NCBI GenBank assembly: GCA_963767735.1 | Contig: CAVYES010000004.1 | Location: 448,001-512,000 of the forward strand | DNA from: Candidatus Bathyarchaeota archaeon | GTDB lineage: Archaea; Thermoproteota; Bathyarchaeia; Bathyarchaeales; Bathycorpusculaceae | Direction: 5' to 3' | Length of the DNA stretch: 64,000 nt | Shown here: positions 1 to 10,370 of the stretch, in pieces | Numbering within the stretch: the first letter of the stretch is position 1 | How the letters are laid out: each line of letters begins with the position of its first letter | Position numbers and translations under genes: made by a program | Notes under the pieces: generated by a model | Told to the model about the DNA's origin: nothing | Databases searched by the model: none | The model's input: only the letters and a program-made list of their open reading frames with translations

Positions 1-662
1 TGGCAAATTTAGGGGATCAATATAGATGTCCAATGGGTCGCTGCGGCAGGTTAGTTGCCACAATGATGAATCAGCATCATGAACCGCTTACGCTTTGGGG
101 ATTAACAAAGATAACTGTTAGACAAGACTTTGTAATTTTGGATGTTGGTTGTGGAGGTGGCAAAACAATTAGCAAATTAGCCCAGCTGGCACCCCAAGGA
201 AAAGTCTTCGGTATCGACTATTCAGCCGACATGGTGAAATTCTCCCAAAAAATTAACAAAACACTGATTGCTCAAAACCGAGTAGAAATAATCGAAGGGT
301 CGGTTGAAAAAATGTCTTTTAAAGATGACTTCTTTGATTTGGTGACTGCTTTTGAAACTTACTATTTTTGGACCAAATTTCCTGATGCCTTAAAAGAAAT
401 TAAACGCGTGCTAAAACCAGGCGGGAAACTGCTTTTAGTTAATGAACTAATATATGGAGCTACCCCTGAAAAACTGATTGAGGAAACGCATGTGAAACTT
501 TGGCCTCTGGCGGAAATCCGAAATGTTATGAAGTCGGTTGGTTTTGTTTGTATCCAAATATTAACTGAAGCTGAATCGCCTTGGAACGCAATTCTCGCCC
601 AAAAACAGACAGACAGATTTCTTGAAGGCTTTAAAAACAGTGGAAATTTCAGTTTTAAGTAG
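1..662 (+). CDS. class I SAM-dependent methyltransferase (5' end probably cut by window edge)
   Basis: VILDVGCGGG motif I, GIDYS, FDLV..RVLKPGG; frame is open upstream of ATG 33 to the window start. Confidence 0.85.
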   Translation, partial: ANLGDQYRCPMGRCGRLVATMMNQHHEPLTLWGLTKITVRQDFVILDVGCGGGKTISKLAQLAPQGKVFGIDYSADMVKFSQKINKTLIAQNRVEIIEGSVEKMSFKDDFFDLVTAFETYYFWTKFPDALKEIKRVLKPGGKLLLVNELIYGATPEKLIEETHVKLWPLAEIRNVMKSVGFVCIQILTEAESPWNAILAQKQTDRFLEGFKNSGNFSFK

Positions 663-884
663 CTTTATTCTTCTTTCGCGATCTGTGGGCGACAAAAATA
701 TTTAGCGCCGCGTTAAATCGAGTTTTTCATCGACGGATAGTACGGTATGATTATTTTCACCGTCTTATCTTCGGTTTTTTCCACTTGTTTTTTTATAGGT
801 AATAAAAGTTCTTCAGAATTTCGAACTTGAATATTTTGTAAGGAGCACACGACAGTTCCCTTTGAAGCTTGGGTATTTTAGGTT

Positions 885-1715
885 TTATGAATTATTAGTC
901 CACTTGAGTGCTATCATTTGCCATTTATCGCCAATTATTATTGACGAAGTATTTTTGAGTTGATTCCGTCGAACTCCACTGTTTTTTCCTGACCGGTTTT
1001 CGAATTTACAAACTTGACTTTGTAAATAGGGTAGTAAACTGCTGTTTATATCTTTTGGGCGTTTCACTGTTCTTTCTTTTATAACATCCACGTCTAGGTT
1101 TTGGGCAAGTTCTTTTAATCCGAATTCTGCAATTATTTCTTGGGGGGAATTCTCGGATGGCGCGTAACAAAGCATATTCGCGTTGACTTCTTTGCCTTCA
1201 CTGTTTAAGACAAGGAAGACTTTGTTTTCCATTATAATGTGCTCTTCTCCTTCGAGTTTAATGTTGGGTTTTGCTGTTATGCTTGCTTGTTGTTCGGGCA
1301 AAAACTGTTTGTCCAATAAAATGACTTCTCTAACTGTCGAGTCAACTGGGATTGAATAGGCTGACTTGCGATAATAATCAATCGCGTATTTTCCGTAAAC
1401 CGCATTGTATAGCTGGTAGTACTTTTCAATGGAAGCAAACTGAATTTCTTCAGGTTTGGGCTTTAGAAAGCCATATCTTATGAAAAGTTGTTGTTTGATT
1501 CTACTGCTTGCTTCTCTTATCGCTGCGTCATCAATAACAGTTGCGTAAACGATAGTTTTCCTTGGGGCAATATTTTCCTTCGAAACATCATTTTCAGCCG
1601 GCTTCGCTGTTATTTGTTCCGTTTTTTCTGTAGCAGGTTCTGTTATTTGTTCAGATTTTTCCGCTGTTGAGTCGATAAGCACAATTGTCTGCTCAGGAGA
1701 TGTAGTCTCGGTCAA
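885..1715 (-). CDS. conserved hypothetical protein, frameshifted near 3' end
   Basis: 276-aa ORF; after ...RPKDIN (~1045) a protein-like C-terminus AVYYPIYKVKFVNSKTGQEKTVEFDGINSKILRQ* continues in another frame, ending at 938. Confidence 0.55.
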   Translation of the reverse strand: MTETTSPEQTIVLIDSTAEKSEQITEPATEKTEQITAKPAENDVSKENIAPRKTIVYATVIDDAAIREASSRIKQQLFIRYGFLKPKPEEIQFASIEKYYQLYNAVYGKYAIDYYRKSAYSIPVDSTVREVILLDKQFLPEQQASITAKPNIKLEGEEHIIMENKVFLVLNSEGKEVNANMLCYAPSENSPQEIIAEFGLKELAQNLDVDVIKERTVKRPKDINSSLLPYLQSQVCKFENRSGKNSGVRRNQLKNTSSIIIGDKWQMIALKWTNNS

Positions 1716-2017
1716 ACTGATACCTCTTATGTAAAGTATGTCTGTAGTAGTGTGATATAAGATTTATGTTCGCCTCAGCTGAAAAACCGCGAGATGCCTC
1801 GCCGCTTACACATTACACTATTGGACCAAGTTGGCTTCAAGTGGGTGCGGGATTAAATTTTGATCTCAAACAGCTATGCAAAACCGAGGCATCCGTTTTC
1901 TGGCGCCCGCCGCGTTCCCATCGGCTTTATCTGTGGTCGGGAACCTGCCTGCTTTTTATTCTGCCCTGAAACGCATCCATTAGGCATGAATAACGCAGAA
2001 TCCGAGTTAGAAAATAA

Positions 2018-2069
2018 AAATAAACATAAATGAACAATAATAAGTAGAAATAAACAGTTATGAACAATA
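2018..2069. repeat. imperfect direct repeat AAATAAACAnnnATGAACAATA x2, 30-bp period, upstream of the dockerin-protein gene
   Basis: Copies at 2018-2039 and 2048-2069. Confidence 0.5.
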
Positions 2070-2132
2070 TTATACGAAAATAGGCTCAGAAACGCTTTTA
2101 TTTAACTTACAGAATCTTGAGAGTTCAGAAAC

Positions 2133-3023
2133 TTGATGATCAAAATGAAAACTATCATTAAAAATAAAACAATGATTGCCGCAATTCTCCTAACCGCAAT
2201 CGCAGTAATAGGCCTAAGTTTTACAGGAGCATTCGCAAGTACAGTATCTACGGCTGTTTCACCTATACCTACATCTTCAGCTACACCTGGACCTTCAACT
2301 ACGCCCACTTGTTCACCTGTATCAACGGTACTTCCAGTCGTAATTCCCATTCGAAGTAACTGGGTAAGAATAGATGGCAACATTACCTCGTGGGGAACCC
2401 AAGTGGCTCCGGTAGTTAAAGGCGCTCTCACGGTAATGGCTGCAACCACAAGCAGAACCGGTGTTCCAACAAACTGGTTCGACTCAGCCACTGCGCTTTG
2501 GACTAACACAACCAAAACCAGCCTAGATGGTACCGCCACCTACAATTATTATGCAGCAAGACTTGTAAAAGCCAGCTTCACCGCGACCAACTTCCAAGGA
2601 AACGACTTCTACATGAACGGTACATGGAGCGTTGCCAACATCACAATCACCCGAACAGTAACCAAAACAGACGGCTCAATCAACATCCAATCAAACACCA
2701 ACATCACCCCTATTGAAGTCAGAGTGTACGGAGAACTGAACGTAACTGGATCTTGGACTAAGTTCACTCTGGACATCACTGGAATACCTCTGCTTGACGG
2801 CACAGTCAACCGATCAATAGAAAGACAGACGGTGTTTAACAGGTTCGATATAGTTAACGCAGGACAAGACACCACAATTACACGAGCCGACCTAACTACC
2901 ATTGAACACGACTACGGCGCAGTACCTGGCAACTCAAACTACGACGAAAACATGGACTTCCACGGCACATACCAAATAGACATATGCGATGTGGCAACCG
3001 TAGCAGCCAACGTGCAATCATAA
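2133..3023 (+). CDS. secreted protein with C-terminal dockerin-like duplicated Ca-binding module
   Basis: Signal peptide ending AFA, S/T/P linker, C-terminal FDIVNAGQD..ITRADL...MDFHGTYQIDICDV. Confidence 0.7.
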   Translation: MMIKMKTIIKNKTMIAAILLTAIAVIGLSFTGAFASTVSTAVSPIPTSSATPGPSTTPTCSPVSTVLPVVIPIRSNWVRIDGNITSWGTQVAPVVKGALTVMAATTSRTGVPTNWFDSATALWTNTTKTSLDGTATYNYYAARLVKASFTATNFQGNDFYMNGTWSVANITITRTVTKTDGSINIQSNTNITPIEVRVYGELNVTGSWTKFTLDITGIPLLDGTVNRSIERQTVFNRFDIVNAGQDTTITRADLTTIEHDYGAVPGNSNYDENMDFHGTYQIDICDVATVAANVQS

Positions 3024-3185
3024 ATTTCTCATCCACTTTTATTTTTTTCAACAAATCCACATATAGAATAATCCGAGAGCCTTAACAAAATTACTTTTCA
3101 GCCTAAACCATGCATAATCATTATGCTTCTTTCTGAATGCTATATCAGATCATGTGATTTTCCCAGCGCTATAATCTGAGTAATT

Positions 3186-3773
3186 TTAGGATTTTATTGT
3201 TTTTAGCCATTCAAGAAAAGTTTCTCTCATTTTTTGCAGGTTTTCCAGTACATGCACGTCTTCCATGTTTTCGAGTTTCCGGACTTGGTCAGCTTCTTCT
3301 TTGCGTACTCTTAGCTTCATTTCTTTACCATTTGGAAGCTTCGTGTAAACGATGCTTTCTTTGAAATCAGTTGGCAGTATGTAAACGGGGACAAAGGCTT
3401 TCAAACTCATAATAGCCGAGTTCGTAATCAACGTGTCACCTATGCCACTGACGATTTTAGCAACCGTATTTGACGTTGCTGGGGCTATGAGCAAAAACTC
3501 GTATTTGCGCATTTGCAGCCAAGCGGCGAGAAAAGGAGAATTAGAATTAAGCTCAACCTGTACTTTCGGAAAATTCCTCTTCAAGTCATCCTCAAGCAGA
3601 TAAAACTTCAGCACAGTATCAGCGGCTTTCGAAACAAAAACCTCAATCTCCACAACATCTTCCGACTGCTTCTTTAGATCCTTCATAACTTCCAATATTT
3701 CCGCTATTTTATCGCCGGCACCAGTAATTCCCCAAGCAACCTTACGCTTCTTAACCCTAACACTTTCAACCAT
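3186..3773 (-). CDS. afpA: archaeoflavoprotein AfpA (HFCD flavoprotein family)
   Basis: VAWGITGAG, APATSNTVAKI..GIGDTL, SNSPFLA motifs. Confidence 0.85.
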   Translation of the reverse strand: MVESVRVKKRKVAWGITGAGDKIAEILEVMKDLKKQSEDVVEIEVFVSKAADTVLKFYLLEDDLKRNFPKVQVELNSNSPFLAAWLQMRKYEFLLIAPATSNTVAKIVSGIGDTLITNSAIMSLKAFVPVYILPTDFKESIVYTKLPNGKEMKLRVRKEEADQVRKLENMEDVHVLENLQKMRETFLEWLKTIKS

Positions 3774-3785
3774 AATGACCCGCCG

Positions 3786-4382
3786 TTATTTTTCCCCATA
3801 CTTCTCCATGAAATCTGCAAAACGCTTGACCGTCTTCTTTAAACTCCTAAAACCCTCTTCATCCAACTTGACACCCTCTAAAGTGTCCTTACTCCAGAAG
3901 GTTGCGCCTAAATTAGCGCCAAAAAATCCTCCACCTACAGGTATCATTCCGTTTATAATGTAGAAGGTGTGAATCTGCATAAGTGCGAATTCTTGGCCGC
4001 CGTTTCTGTCTCCTCCCGTGACTATGCCCATGCCGATTTTGCCTTTGAAAACATTTTTGTCGGCAGCAACTACTGCGCGGGTTCTATCCATCACTGCTTT
4101 CAATTGAGCACTTACGCCGCCGTTGTACACCGGTGTTGCAAAAATAACTCCTTTTGCCTCAGTAAGTAACGCATAAGCATTCTGCACGTCATCTTGAAAA
4201 AAGCATTCCTTGTTACTGAGGCAATAATCACAATGTATGCAAAACTCGATCCATTTCCCCTGAACCGTCCACAACTGCGTTTCAAAACCTTTCTCGTTGA
4301 GCATCCGCAACGCTTCCTTCAAAACGTAATCAGTTGCTTGTTCTCTTGGGCTACCACAAATTCCAACTATCATAATCTTCAC
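3786..4382 (-). CDS. iron-sulfur flavoprotein (Isf, flavodoxin-fold)
   Basis: GSPR; CIHCDYC-x5-C; ATPVYNG; GGQE. Confidence 0.85.
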   Translation of the reverse strand: MKIMIVGICGSPREQATDYVLKEALRMLNEKGFETQLWTVQGKWIEFCIHCDYCLSNKECFFQDDVQNAYALLTEAKGVIFATPVYNGGVSAQLKAVMDRTRAVVAADKNVFKGKIGMGIVTGGDRNGGQEFALMQIHTFYIINGMIPVGGGFFGANLGATFWSKDTLEGVKLDEEGFRSLKKTVKRFADFMEKYGEK

Positions 4383-4426
4383 TAAAACCTTAACTGTTAA
4401 TCTGAATTAAAGCATTACTCCAAACT

Positions 4427-5098
4427 CTAGCCCGCTAATATTATGTAGATTCCAATGGCAGCGATAATAAAGCCCACAATGGAGTCGTTATATTTCTCCG
4501 GGACATGCTCGAACGTTTTGGCAAGTCCTTTAGCTCCAACTTGAACCAGAACCAATTGAGCCAGAATCGAAGTTACTACAAAGATGATTAGAAGATCGAC
4601 CGCGAACATTACGCCAACCGTGATAGACGCAAGGAATATCGGAGCGATGCTTAAATCTGGAGATAGGGCTGCGCCAAGGACGGCAAAGTAACCAATTCCA
4701 TTGAGTTTTGATGCGTTCTTTTTTTCCTTCTCAAGCAATTTTTCTCCAGGGGTAACCTCTTCCTTCTTTTTTGAAACAAGAGCCCTAACGCCGATGAAAA
4801 GCCCCACTCCAAGCATTACTAATCCGACAGCATACGAAATATAGGAAGAGATCAACCTTGAGAACAATAGACCTACTATGGCGATTCCAAATCCTAAAGC
4901 CGCTGAAACGGCAGCGTGACCCGATGCAGTTGCAAATGATACACCAAATAATTTTTTACTATTCCAACCCGACTCTCGGCTCAGAATGCAAAGAGTAACC
5001 CAGTGGTCTGGAGCTGCCATGTGCAAAACTCCAACAAGCGCTGCCCCAATCAACAAAGGTGTAAGGTCAGTCATATGAAACGAATCAACCTTGCGCAA
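4427..5098 (-). CDS. nickel/cobalt transporter-like membrane protein (NiCoT/UreH/RcnA superfamily)
   Basis: LHMAAPDHW motif in TM1, SGH motif, multiple TM helices. Confidence 0.7.
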   Translation of the reverse strand: MRKVDSFHMTDLTPLLIGAALVGVLHMAAPDHWVTLCILSRESGWNSKKLFGVSFATASGHAAVSAALGFGIAIVGLLFSRLISSYISYAVGLVMLGVGLFIGVRALVSKKKEEVTPGEKLLEKEKKNASKLNGIGYFAVLGAALSPDLSIAPIFLASITVGVMFAVDLLIIFVVTSILAQLVLVQVGAKGLAKTFEHVPEKYNDSIVGFIIAAIGIYIILAG

Positions 5099-5296
5099 CT
5101 CACGTTTTAGGTCTTTGGCTGTTCTTCAAAGTTTTTTGAAAGCTCATGTTCATAGTTGACAACCTACCCATATTTTTACCCATAATGATTGGACGTGTGT
5201 TGGTCAAAACAGTTTTTCTCCGCTTTTAACACAGCTTACAGCCTACTTAATCAGCAGTTCCTCATTATTCTTGAGTCCTTTCACTGTTTTTTCACG

Positions 5297-6367
5297 TTAA
5301 CAGGGGATAGCATCGATCTTTGATTTAATCTTGACCTTGTACACAGCATAGGAAACGATAAACGTTGAAACAAACGTAATTATAATTCCCACTCCGACGT
5401 AACCCCAGTATTGACCACTTACCACATTTATGGCACCCCAGAAGGGCCCTCCCAAGTTCAGTTGAGATCCCACCAAACCGATAGTTTCGATACTTGCAGC
5501 TATTAGCGCCACCAACACAGACACTGTCGTCATAGTAATATTATACCACAGTTTTTTCAGAGTTCCTCTAAATGCCCAACCGTAAGCAAAGTTCATAAAA
5601 AAGCCATCAGTACTGTCGGTAAGAATCATTCCAGCGGCAAAGAGAAACGGAAAAATAAATAGAGTGTAGAACGGAATGTTTAGAACCAAACTTCCCACAG
5701 TTACAGATATCGCGAGAAGCGCCACTTGTGTGGCAGTGTCAAAGCTTAATCCAAACAAAAATCCTATTGGTAGCATGTAATATTGTTGATCGACAATTTT
5801 GAGTAGCCGGGCTATGTACTTGTTCATGAATCCTTTGGTCGCAAGCATATTGTCTACTTCAGAGTCTGAACACTGTTTTTTCTCCATTCTTTTGAATACG
5901 CCCCAGAGATGAAAAACAATTTGAACATTCAAAATGGCGATTATAAAAAGAAAAACTGCGCTAACTAACGAGCCTACAATTGAAAGCGCGGGGACGAAAG
6001 AAGTCAGATATTTTGCGGCTAATATCAGCCCGAAAGCAAAAATAAAGACTGCTCCAGAGTGCCCCAAGCTAAAGAAAGTGCCTGTGAAGGTTGAGGGTTT
6101 CTTTTCCTGCATTAATTTTCGAGTCGTGTTGTCGATTGCTGCTAAATGGTCTGCATCGAGCCCGTGTGATAATCCAAGGATCCACGCTAGCGTGCCTAAC
6201 GCTACGAAGGTTGCAAATTCTTCTACACTGCCTGTATGAACATTGAATTTTATATTCCCTGTGGAGGTTGTAAGATCGTACAACCATAGGAAAAGTGCTG
6301 CGGTTATAGCTATTTCTATTGCGTAGAAGAGTATAATGGATTTTTTTGAGCCTAAATTTTTAAGCAT
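5297..6367 (-). CDS. HoxN/HupN/NixA-family high-affinity Ni/Co transporter
   Basis: HGLDADHLAAIDN, FSLGHS, GFLFGLSFDTAT signatures. Confidence 0.92.
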   Translation of the reverse strand: MLKNLGSKKSIILFYAIEIAITAALFLWLYDLTTSTGNIKFNVHTGSVEEFATFVALGTLAWILGLSHGLDADHLAAIDNTTRKLMQEKKPSTFTGTFFSLGHSGAVFIFAFGLILAAKYLTSFVPALSIVGSLVSAVFLFIIAILNVQIVFHLWGVFKRMEKKQCSDSEVDNMLATKGFMNKYIARLLKIVDQQYYMLPIGFLFGLSFDTATQVALLAISVTVGSLVLNIPFYTLFIFPFLFAAGMILTDSTDGFFMNFAYGWAFRGTLKKLWYNITMTTVSVLVALIAASIETIGLVGSQLNLGGPFWGAINVVSGQYWGYVGVGIIITFVSTFIVSYAVYKVKIKSKIDAIPC

Positions 6368-6400
6368 GCGCTTTGTCGCCCTGTTTGCTTTTTCTTCTAC

Positions 6401-6417
6401 CTGGATGATTCATCCAG
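6401..6417. promoter_or_regulatory. palindromic operator CTGGATGA-T-TCATCCAG
   Basis: Perfect inverted repeat in the divergent NiCoT/regulator promoter; near copy at 8224-8238. Confidence 0.7.
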
Positions 6418-6460
6418 CTGAATACTTATTAACTTTCGCTTAACTAAAGTTAAGTACAGG

Positions 6461-7325
6461 TTGAATAACTTGCCCAGAAAAAACCAAAACCTCCTCCTGC
6501 AAAACAAAGGTGAATTCACCAAATTCCAAATCCTCCTCGAAGTCATGCACAACCAACCCCATGTAAAACAAAAAGAAATCGCCGATACAATGGGAATCAC
6601 TATTCAAGCCATCTCAAAATACTTCAAAAAACTCACAAAAGAAGGGCTCATTGAAGCGGGTTCAGGACGCGCAGATTATCACTTAACCCCAAAAGGGAAA
6701 GGTAAACTTCATGATGACCTAAAGAGTTTGGAGCGTTACGTTGCCTCCATCAGAAATGAGATTAAAATTGAGCATGCTTGGCCAGCCATAGCTACCCAAC
6801 CCGTCAAAGCAGGGCAAACTAGTTGCCTTAATCGTCAAAGAAGGCGTCATGTACACTGTTGACCCAAACAGTCCAGTTGCGGAATTAAAAGGTGTAGCCA
6901 TGGCAGACGCTGCAGTGGGAGAAGATTTGGGGCTAAGAAACCTACAGGGCAAAATGAACCTTAAACATGGCAAAATCCTCATCGTCAAGTTGCCTAGCAT
7001 AAGACAAGGTGGCTCAAGGTCAGTAGACATAGCAAAAGTCCAAGCTCTTTATGAGGAGTTCAAGCCAGACAGAATAGCGGTCATGGGGGCGGTTGGCAGA
7101 GCCGTTCTAAACAAACTGAAGCTGAAAGCAGACATCGAATTCGGCATTAGCCACGCCGTCGCCATTGCAGCTTCAAGAGGTCTTAACGTTTTTGTGCTTG
7201 TTGTGGGCAGAATGACCAACCGCATGACGCAGGAAATAGAAAATGTTAACATGAAAAATGCAGCCAACATAAGCTACGAAGTAAGGGACGCGAAAAACTT
7301 TAACCCAACGGATGCTGCGAAATGA
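6461..7325 (+). CDS. winged-helix transcriptional regulator with C-terminal domain (COG1497-like); one frameshift ~6820
   Basis: TKFQILLE..QKEIADTMGITIQAIS HTH; PSIRQGGSR motif; ORFs 6461-6862 and 6849-7325 join on removal of one base. Confidence 0.75.
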
Positions 7326-7419
7326 GTATTTTGGCAAATTATAAAAACCTAACATCACTTAGTTAGAACATGTAAAATATCGAATCATCTTAAAAAAATA
7401 CATACGGGAACTGAACTAC

Positions 7420-8055
7420 ATGTCGAAAGACGAAACGATGATAGAATCCCTTGATTTTATTAGAGAGCAGGCGTTAGAATTGGGCGCTGTAGACGCAAAG
7501 ATTATCCCCGTTGAAAAAATCGTGATTGAAGACCGTGTTGTTTTCAAATGCCAGCTGGGCTGCGAAAAATATGGAAAGACGTTGGCATGCCCCCCTTATG
7601 CTCCTTCGCCAGAGATGTTTCGAAAAATCGTTAGCGAGTATCGCTATGCATTGTTCATGAAATTTAAATCACAGGCCGAAGGGGACGCAGAACTGATAAA
7701 GTATCTCACAAAATCAAATGATCCCGCCGTTCCAGAAGAGATGAAGGCAAAAGTGGAAAGCTTTTGGTCTGCGTGGAAGGATGATATGAAAAAATTGCTT
7801 AACACAGTCATAGAACTCGAAAAAGCGGCTGCTGGAAGAGGGTATCTGCTCGCTATTGGGCTGGTTTCTGGGTCTTGTCAGTTGTGTGAAAAATGCAACG
7901 TGGAAAAAGGACTTTGCGTGCATCCCACAATGAAACGATATTCCGAAGAAGGGGTTGGAGTGAACGTGAAAGCGACCGCGGAGAAAGCTGGCTTAAAATT
8001 TACTTTACCCTTTGAGAAAAACCCTGAAACATATGCTCTGCTCTTAATAGATTAG
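7420..8055 (+). CDS. DUF2284 metal-binding protein
   Basis: KCQLGCEKYG..CPP, GSCQLCEKC..C.HP, EGVGVNV. Confidence 0.85.
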   Translation: MSKDETMIESLDFIREQALELGAVDAKIIPVEKIVIEDRVVFKCQLGCEKYGKTLACPPYAPSPEMFRKIVSEYRYALFMKFKSQAEGDAELIKYLTKSNDPAVPEEMKAKVESFWSAWKDDMKKLLNTVIELEKAAAGRGYLLAIGLVSGSCQLCEKCNVEKGLCVHPTMKRYSEEGVGVNVKATAEKAGLKFTLPFEKNPETYALLLID

Positions 8056-8223
8056 CTTTTCCCAAAATTTCGTCTTCTCAGATGTTTAGGAATCATTTTT
8101 TTTGAAACGCCTCAATGTGAATCTTTGATATTTGGGCGGATGCTCGGCGTTCGTTATGTGTTTTGCAGCTTAGTTTCTCAACTTGCCATTAACTTAGGTT
8201 GAAACAAAGCTTATATAGCGAGT

Positions 8224-8238
8224 TGGATAATCCATCCA
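8224..8238. promoter_or_regulatory. operator TGGAT-N5-ATCCA just downstream of the btuF TATA box
   Basis: TGGATAATCCATCCA, 13/15 identical to 6402-6416; TTATATA at 8211-8217. Confidence 0.65.
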
Positions 8239-8263
8239 CAGGGAAAGGGGGATTTAAGGAAAG

Positions 8264-9256
8264 ATGAAAAATAAATATGTTATTTATATTGCCGCCATTA
8301 TAACAATCGCTGCAATTCTTTCTTCCGCTTTAATTTACGTTAATTATTCGGGACAGAATAGCACCCTGAAATCTCAAAATTCCAATATCTCATTGGTAGA
8401 TGATGAAGGTTACGTAACCACTTTAACCTCAGTTCCTCAGAGGATTGTTTCGCTGGCGCCGAGTTGTACGCAGATCTTGTTTGCTATAGGTGTGGGCGAC
8501 AAGGTTGTTGGCGTTACAACCTATGATGATTACCCGTACAATTTTTCGGCGTGGGCTGCAGCTGGCAACATTACGATTGATGGAGGCTATGGGACTCCCA
8601 ACATGGAAGCTATCGCTTCGCTTCGTCCCGATTTAATCCTGACCGACAACATCAACGATGGTGTCGCTCTTTCAAGCATGAGATCTTTAGGATACAAAGT
8701 TTTAGTGCTCAATCCAACAACCATCACAGGCATTTACCAAGACATTTCCTTAGTTGGCAGAGCGACAGGCGCTGAAACTCAGGCAACGGCAGTGATTGAA
8801 AACATAACCAACTCAATCAACGCGATAACCACGAAAATTGCAGACGCAAACATCACAACTCCACTGAAAGTTTACTACGAAGTCTGGGGACCTCCACAAG
8901 GCGCATTTATGAGTTCAGGCTCAACAACTTGGATAAACGATGTTATCAGCAAGGCTGGAGGCGTTAACATTTTTGCCAACGAAACCCAAGAATACCCAAC
9001 TGTTTCCTCTGAAACTATCGTGGCGCTTAACCCCGATGCAATATTCTTACCTACAGAAATGGGAATCTCCCCGTTCTACGGTAGCGTTGCTCAAGTCGAG
9101 TCAACACCAGGATGGAACACAATCAGTGCAGTGCAAAACAACAGAGTTTACGTAATCGATGGAGATTTGTTTGCTGAAGCCGGTCCAAGAGTAGCCGACT
9201 GCGTCTATGCTGTCGCCGCAGACTTGTACCCGCAGCTTTTTAATTCCACTTCCTAA
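8264..9256 (+). CDS. btuF: cobalamin ABC transporter substrate-binding protein
   Basis: PQRIVSLAPS, VVGVT.YDDYP, PGWN.I.AV.N.RVY, GPR; operon with cbiZ. Confidence 0.85.
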   Translation: MKNKYVIYIAAIITIAAILSSALIYVNYSGQNSTLKSQNSNISLVDDEGYVTTLTSVPQRIVSLAPSCTQILFAIGVGDKVVGVTTYDDYPYNFSAWAAAGNITIDGGYGTPNMEAIASLRPDLILTDNINDGVALSSMRSLGYKVLVLNPTTITGIYQDISLVGRATGAETQATAVIENITNSINAITTKIADANITTPLKVYYEVWGPPQGAFMSSGSTTWINDVISKAGGVNIFANETQEYPTVSSETIVALNPDAIFLPTEMGISPFYGSVAQVESTPGWNTISAVQNNRVYVIDGDLFAEAGPRVADCVYAVAADLYPQLFNSTS

Positions 9257-9276
9257 TTTTTTGTTTGTGAAACAAA

Positions 9277-10356
9277 ATGAGCACAGACAAACTTGAAGGC
9301 ACATACATTAAACGTTCTTCACGTTGGAAACTAATCTTAGTCACACTAATAGTTGCTCTTGTTGTAACCATAATTGTATCACTCAATATTGGTTACGCTT
9401 CCATTTCCTTTTCACAAATCTTAGACATTTTAGGCAAACAAATTCCGTTTTTAAACGGCTCAATCAATTCAGCTTCAATATCGCCAGCCAGCCAAGCAAT
9501 AATTATTCAAATCCGACTTCCACGTATACTCGCAGCAGCTCTAGTTGGCGCGGGATTAGCCGCGGCAGGTGTAATTTACCAAGGCGTCTTTAGAAATCCC
9601 ATGGCTGATTCATACTTGTTGGGAGCATCTGCAGGTGCATCGGTAGGTTACACCGTTGCCGTCCTGTACGTCACCTCAGCCCTAACGGTCGTAGGCTTGG
9701 GAACGGCGCAAGCTTTCGCGTTCATTTTTGCTTTATTGACTGTATTTTTGGTCTTGCTCATTTCAAGAGTTGGAACCAAAATTCCGACAACAACTTTACT
9801 GCTTTCCGGCATAGTTGTAAACATTTTTCTGCTGGCTATTGAAACGCTGATGGAGCTTCGTTCTGGCCAAGCCCTCACGGGAATAGTAGCGTGGCTAGCG
9901 GGCGGATTCTCTGATATCGTATGGTTACAGGTGTGGACAATAATGCCTTTCGTTTTTATAGGCATCGCCGTCACCTATTTCTTTACACGTGATTTAAACA
10001 TGCTCTCTATGGGCGATGACACAGCACAGCATTTAGGGGTAAATACGGAAAGAGTACGGATATTTCTACTTGCTATAGCTTCCCTGATAACAGCAGCAGC
10101 AGTAGCCATCAGCGGAGTAATAGGCTTCGTGGGTTTGATAATTCCTCACATGACCCGACTGGTAATTGGACCTGACCACAGGATTCTCCTGCCTGCCTCC
10201 GCGATAACTGGAGCCATGTTTTTAGTGATTTGTGATGCAGTTGCACGGGTCGCAACAGGTGCTGCTGAGCTACCAGTAGGAGTAATAACTGCCCTTGTGG
10301 GCACGCCTTTCTTCATATATCTGCTTAGAAGAAGAAAAACGAGCTATTCGCTTTGA
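9277..10356 (+). CDS. btuC: FecCD/BtuC-family ABC permease
   Basis: RLPR, FRNPMAD..LG, A..LGVN, IGFVGLIIPH, ELPVG. Confidence 0.9.
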   Translation: MSTDKLEGTYIKRSSRWKLILVTLIVALVVTIIVSLNIGYASISFSQILDILGKQIPFLNGSINSASISPASQAIIIQIRLPRILAAALVGAGLAAAGVIYQGVFRNPMADSYLLGASAGASVGYTVAVLYVTSALTVVGLGTAQAFAFIFALLTVFLVLLISRVGTKIPTTTLLLSGIVVNIFLLAIETLMELRSGQALTGIVAWLAGGFSDIVWLQVWTIMPFVFIGIAVTYFFTRDLNMLSMGDDTAQHLGVNTERVRIFLLAIASLITAAAVAISGVIGFVGLIIPHMTRLVIGPDHRILLPASAITGAMFLVICDAVARVATGAAELPVGVITALVGTPFFIYLLRRRKTSYSL

Positions 10357-10370
10357 GGTGACTGCGGTAC

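Noticed and set aside
1766-1969. Small ORF and 9-bp inverted repeat GATGCCTCG/CGAGGCATC as a MITE or ncRNA
   Set aside because: Repeat too short, no target duplication or second copy in the window
8056-8263. Cobalamin riboswitch upstream of btuF
   Set aside because: Leader after the TATA box is under 50 nt and no B12-box motifs are present
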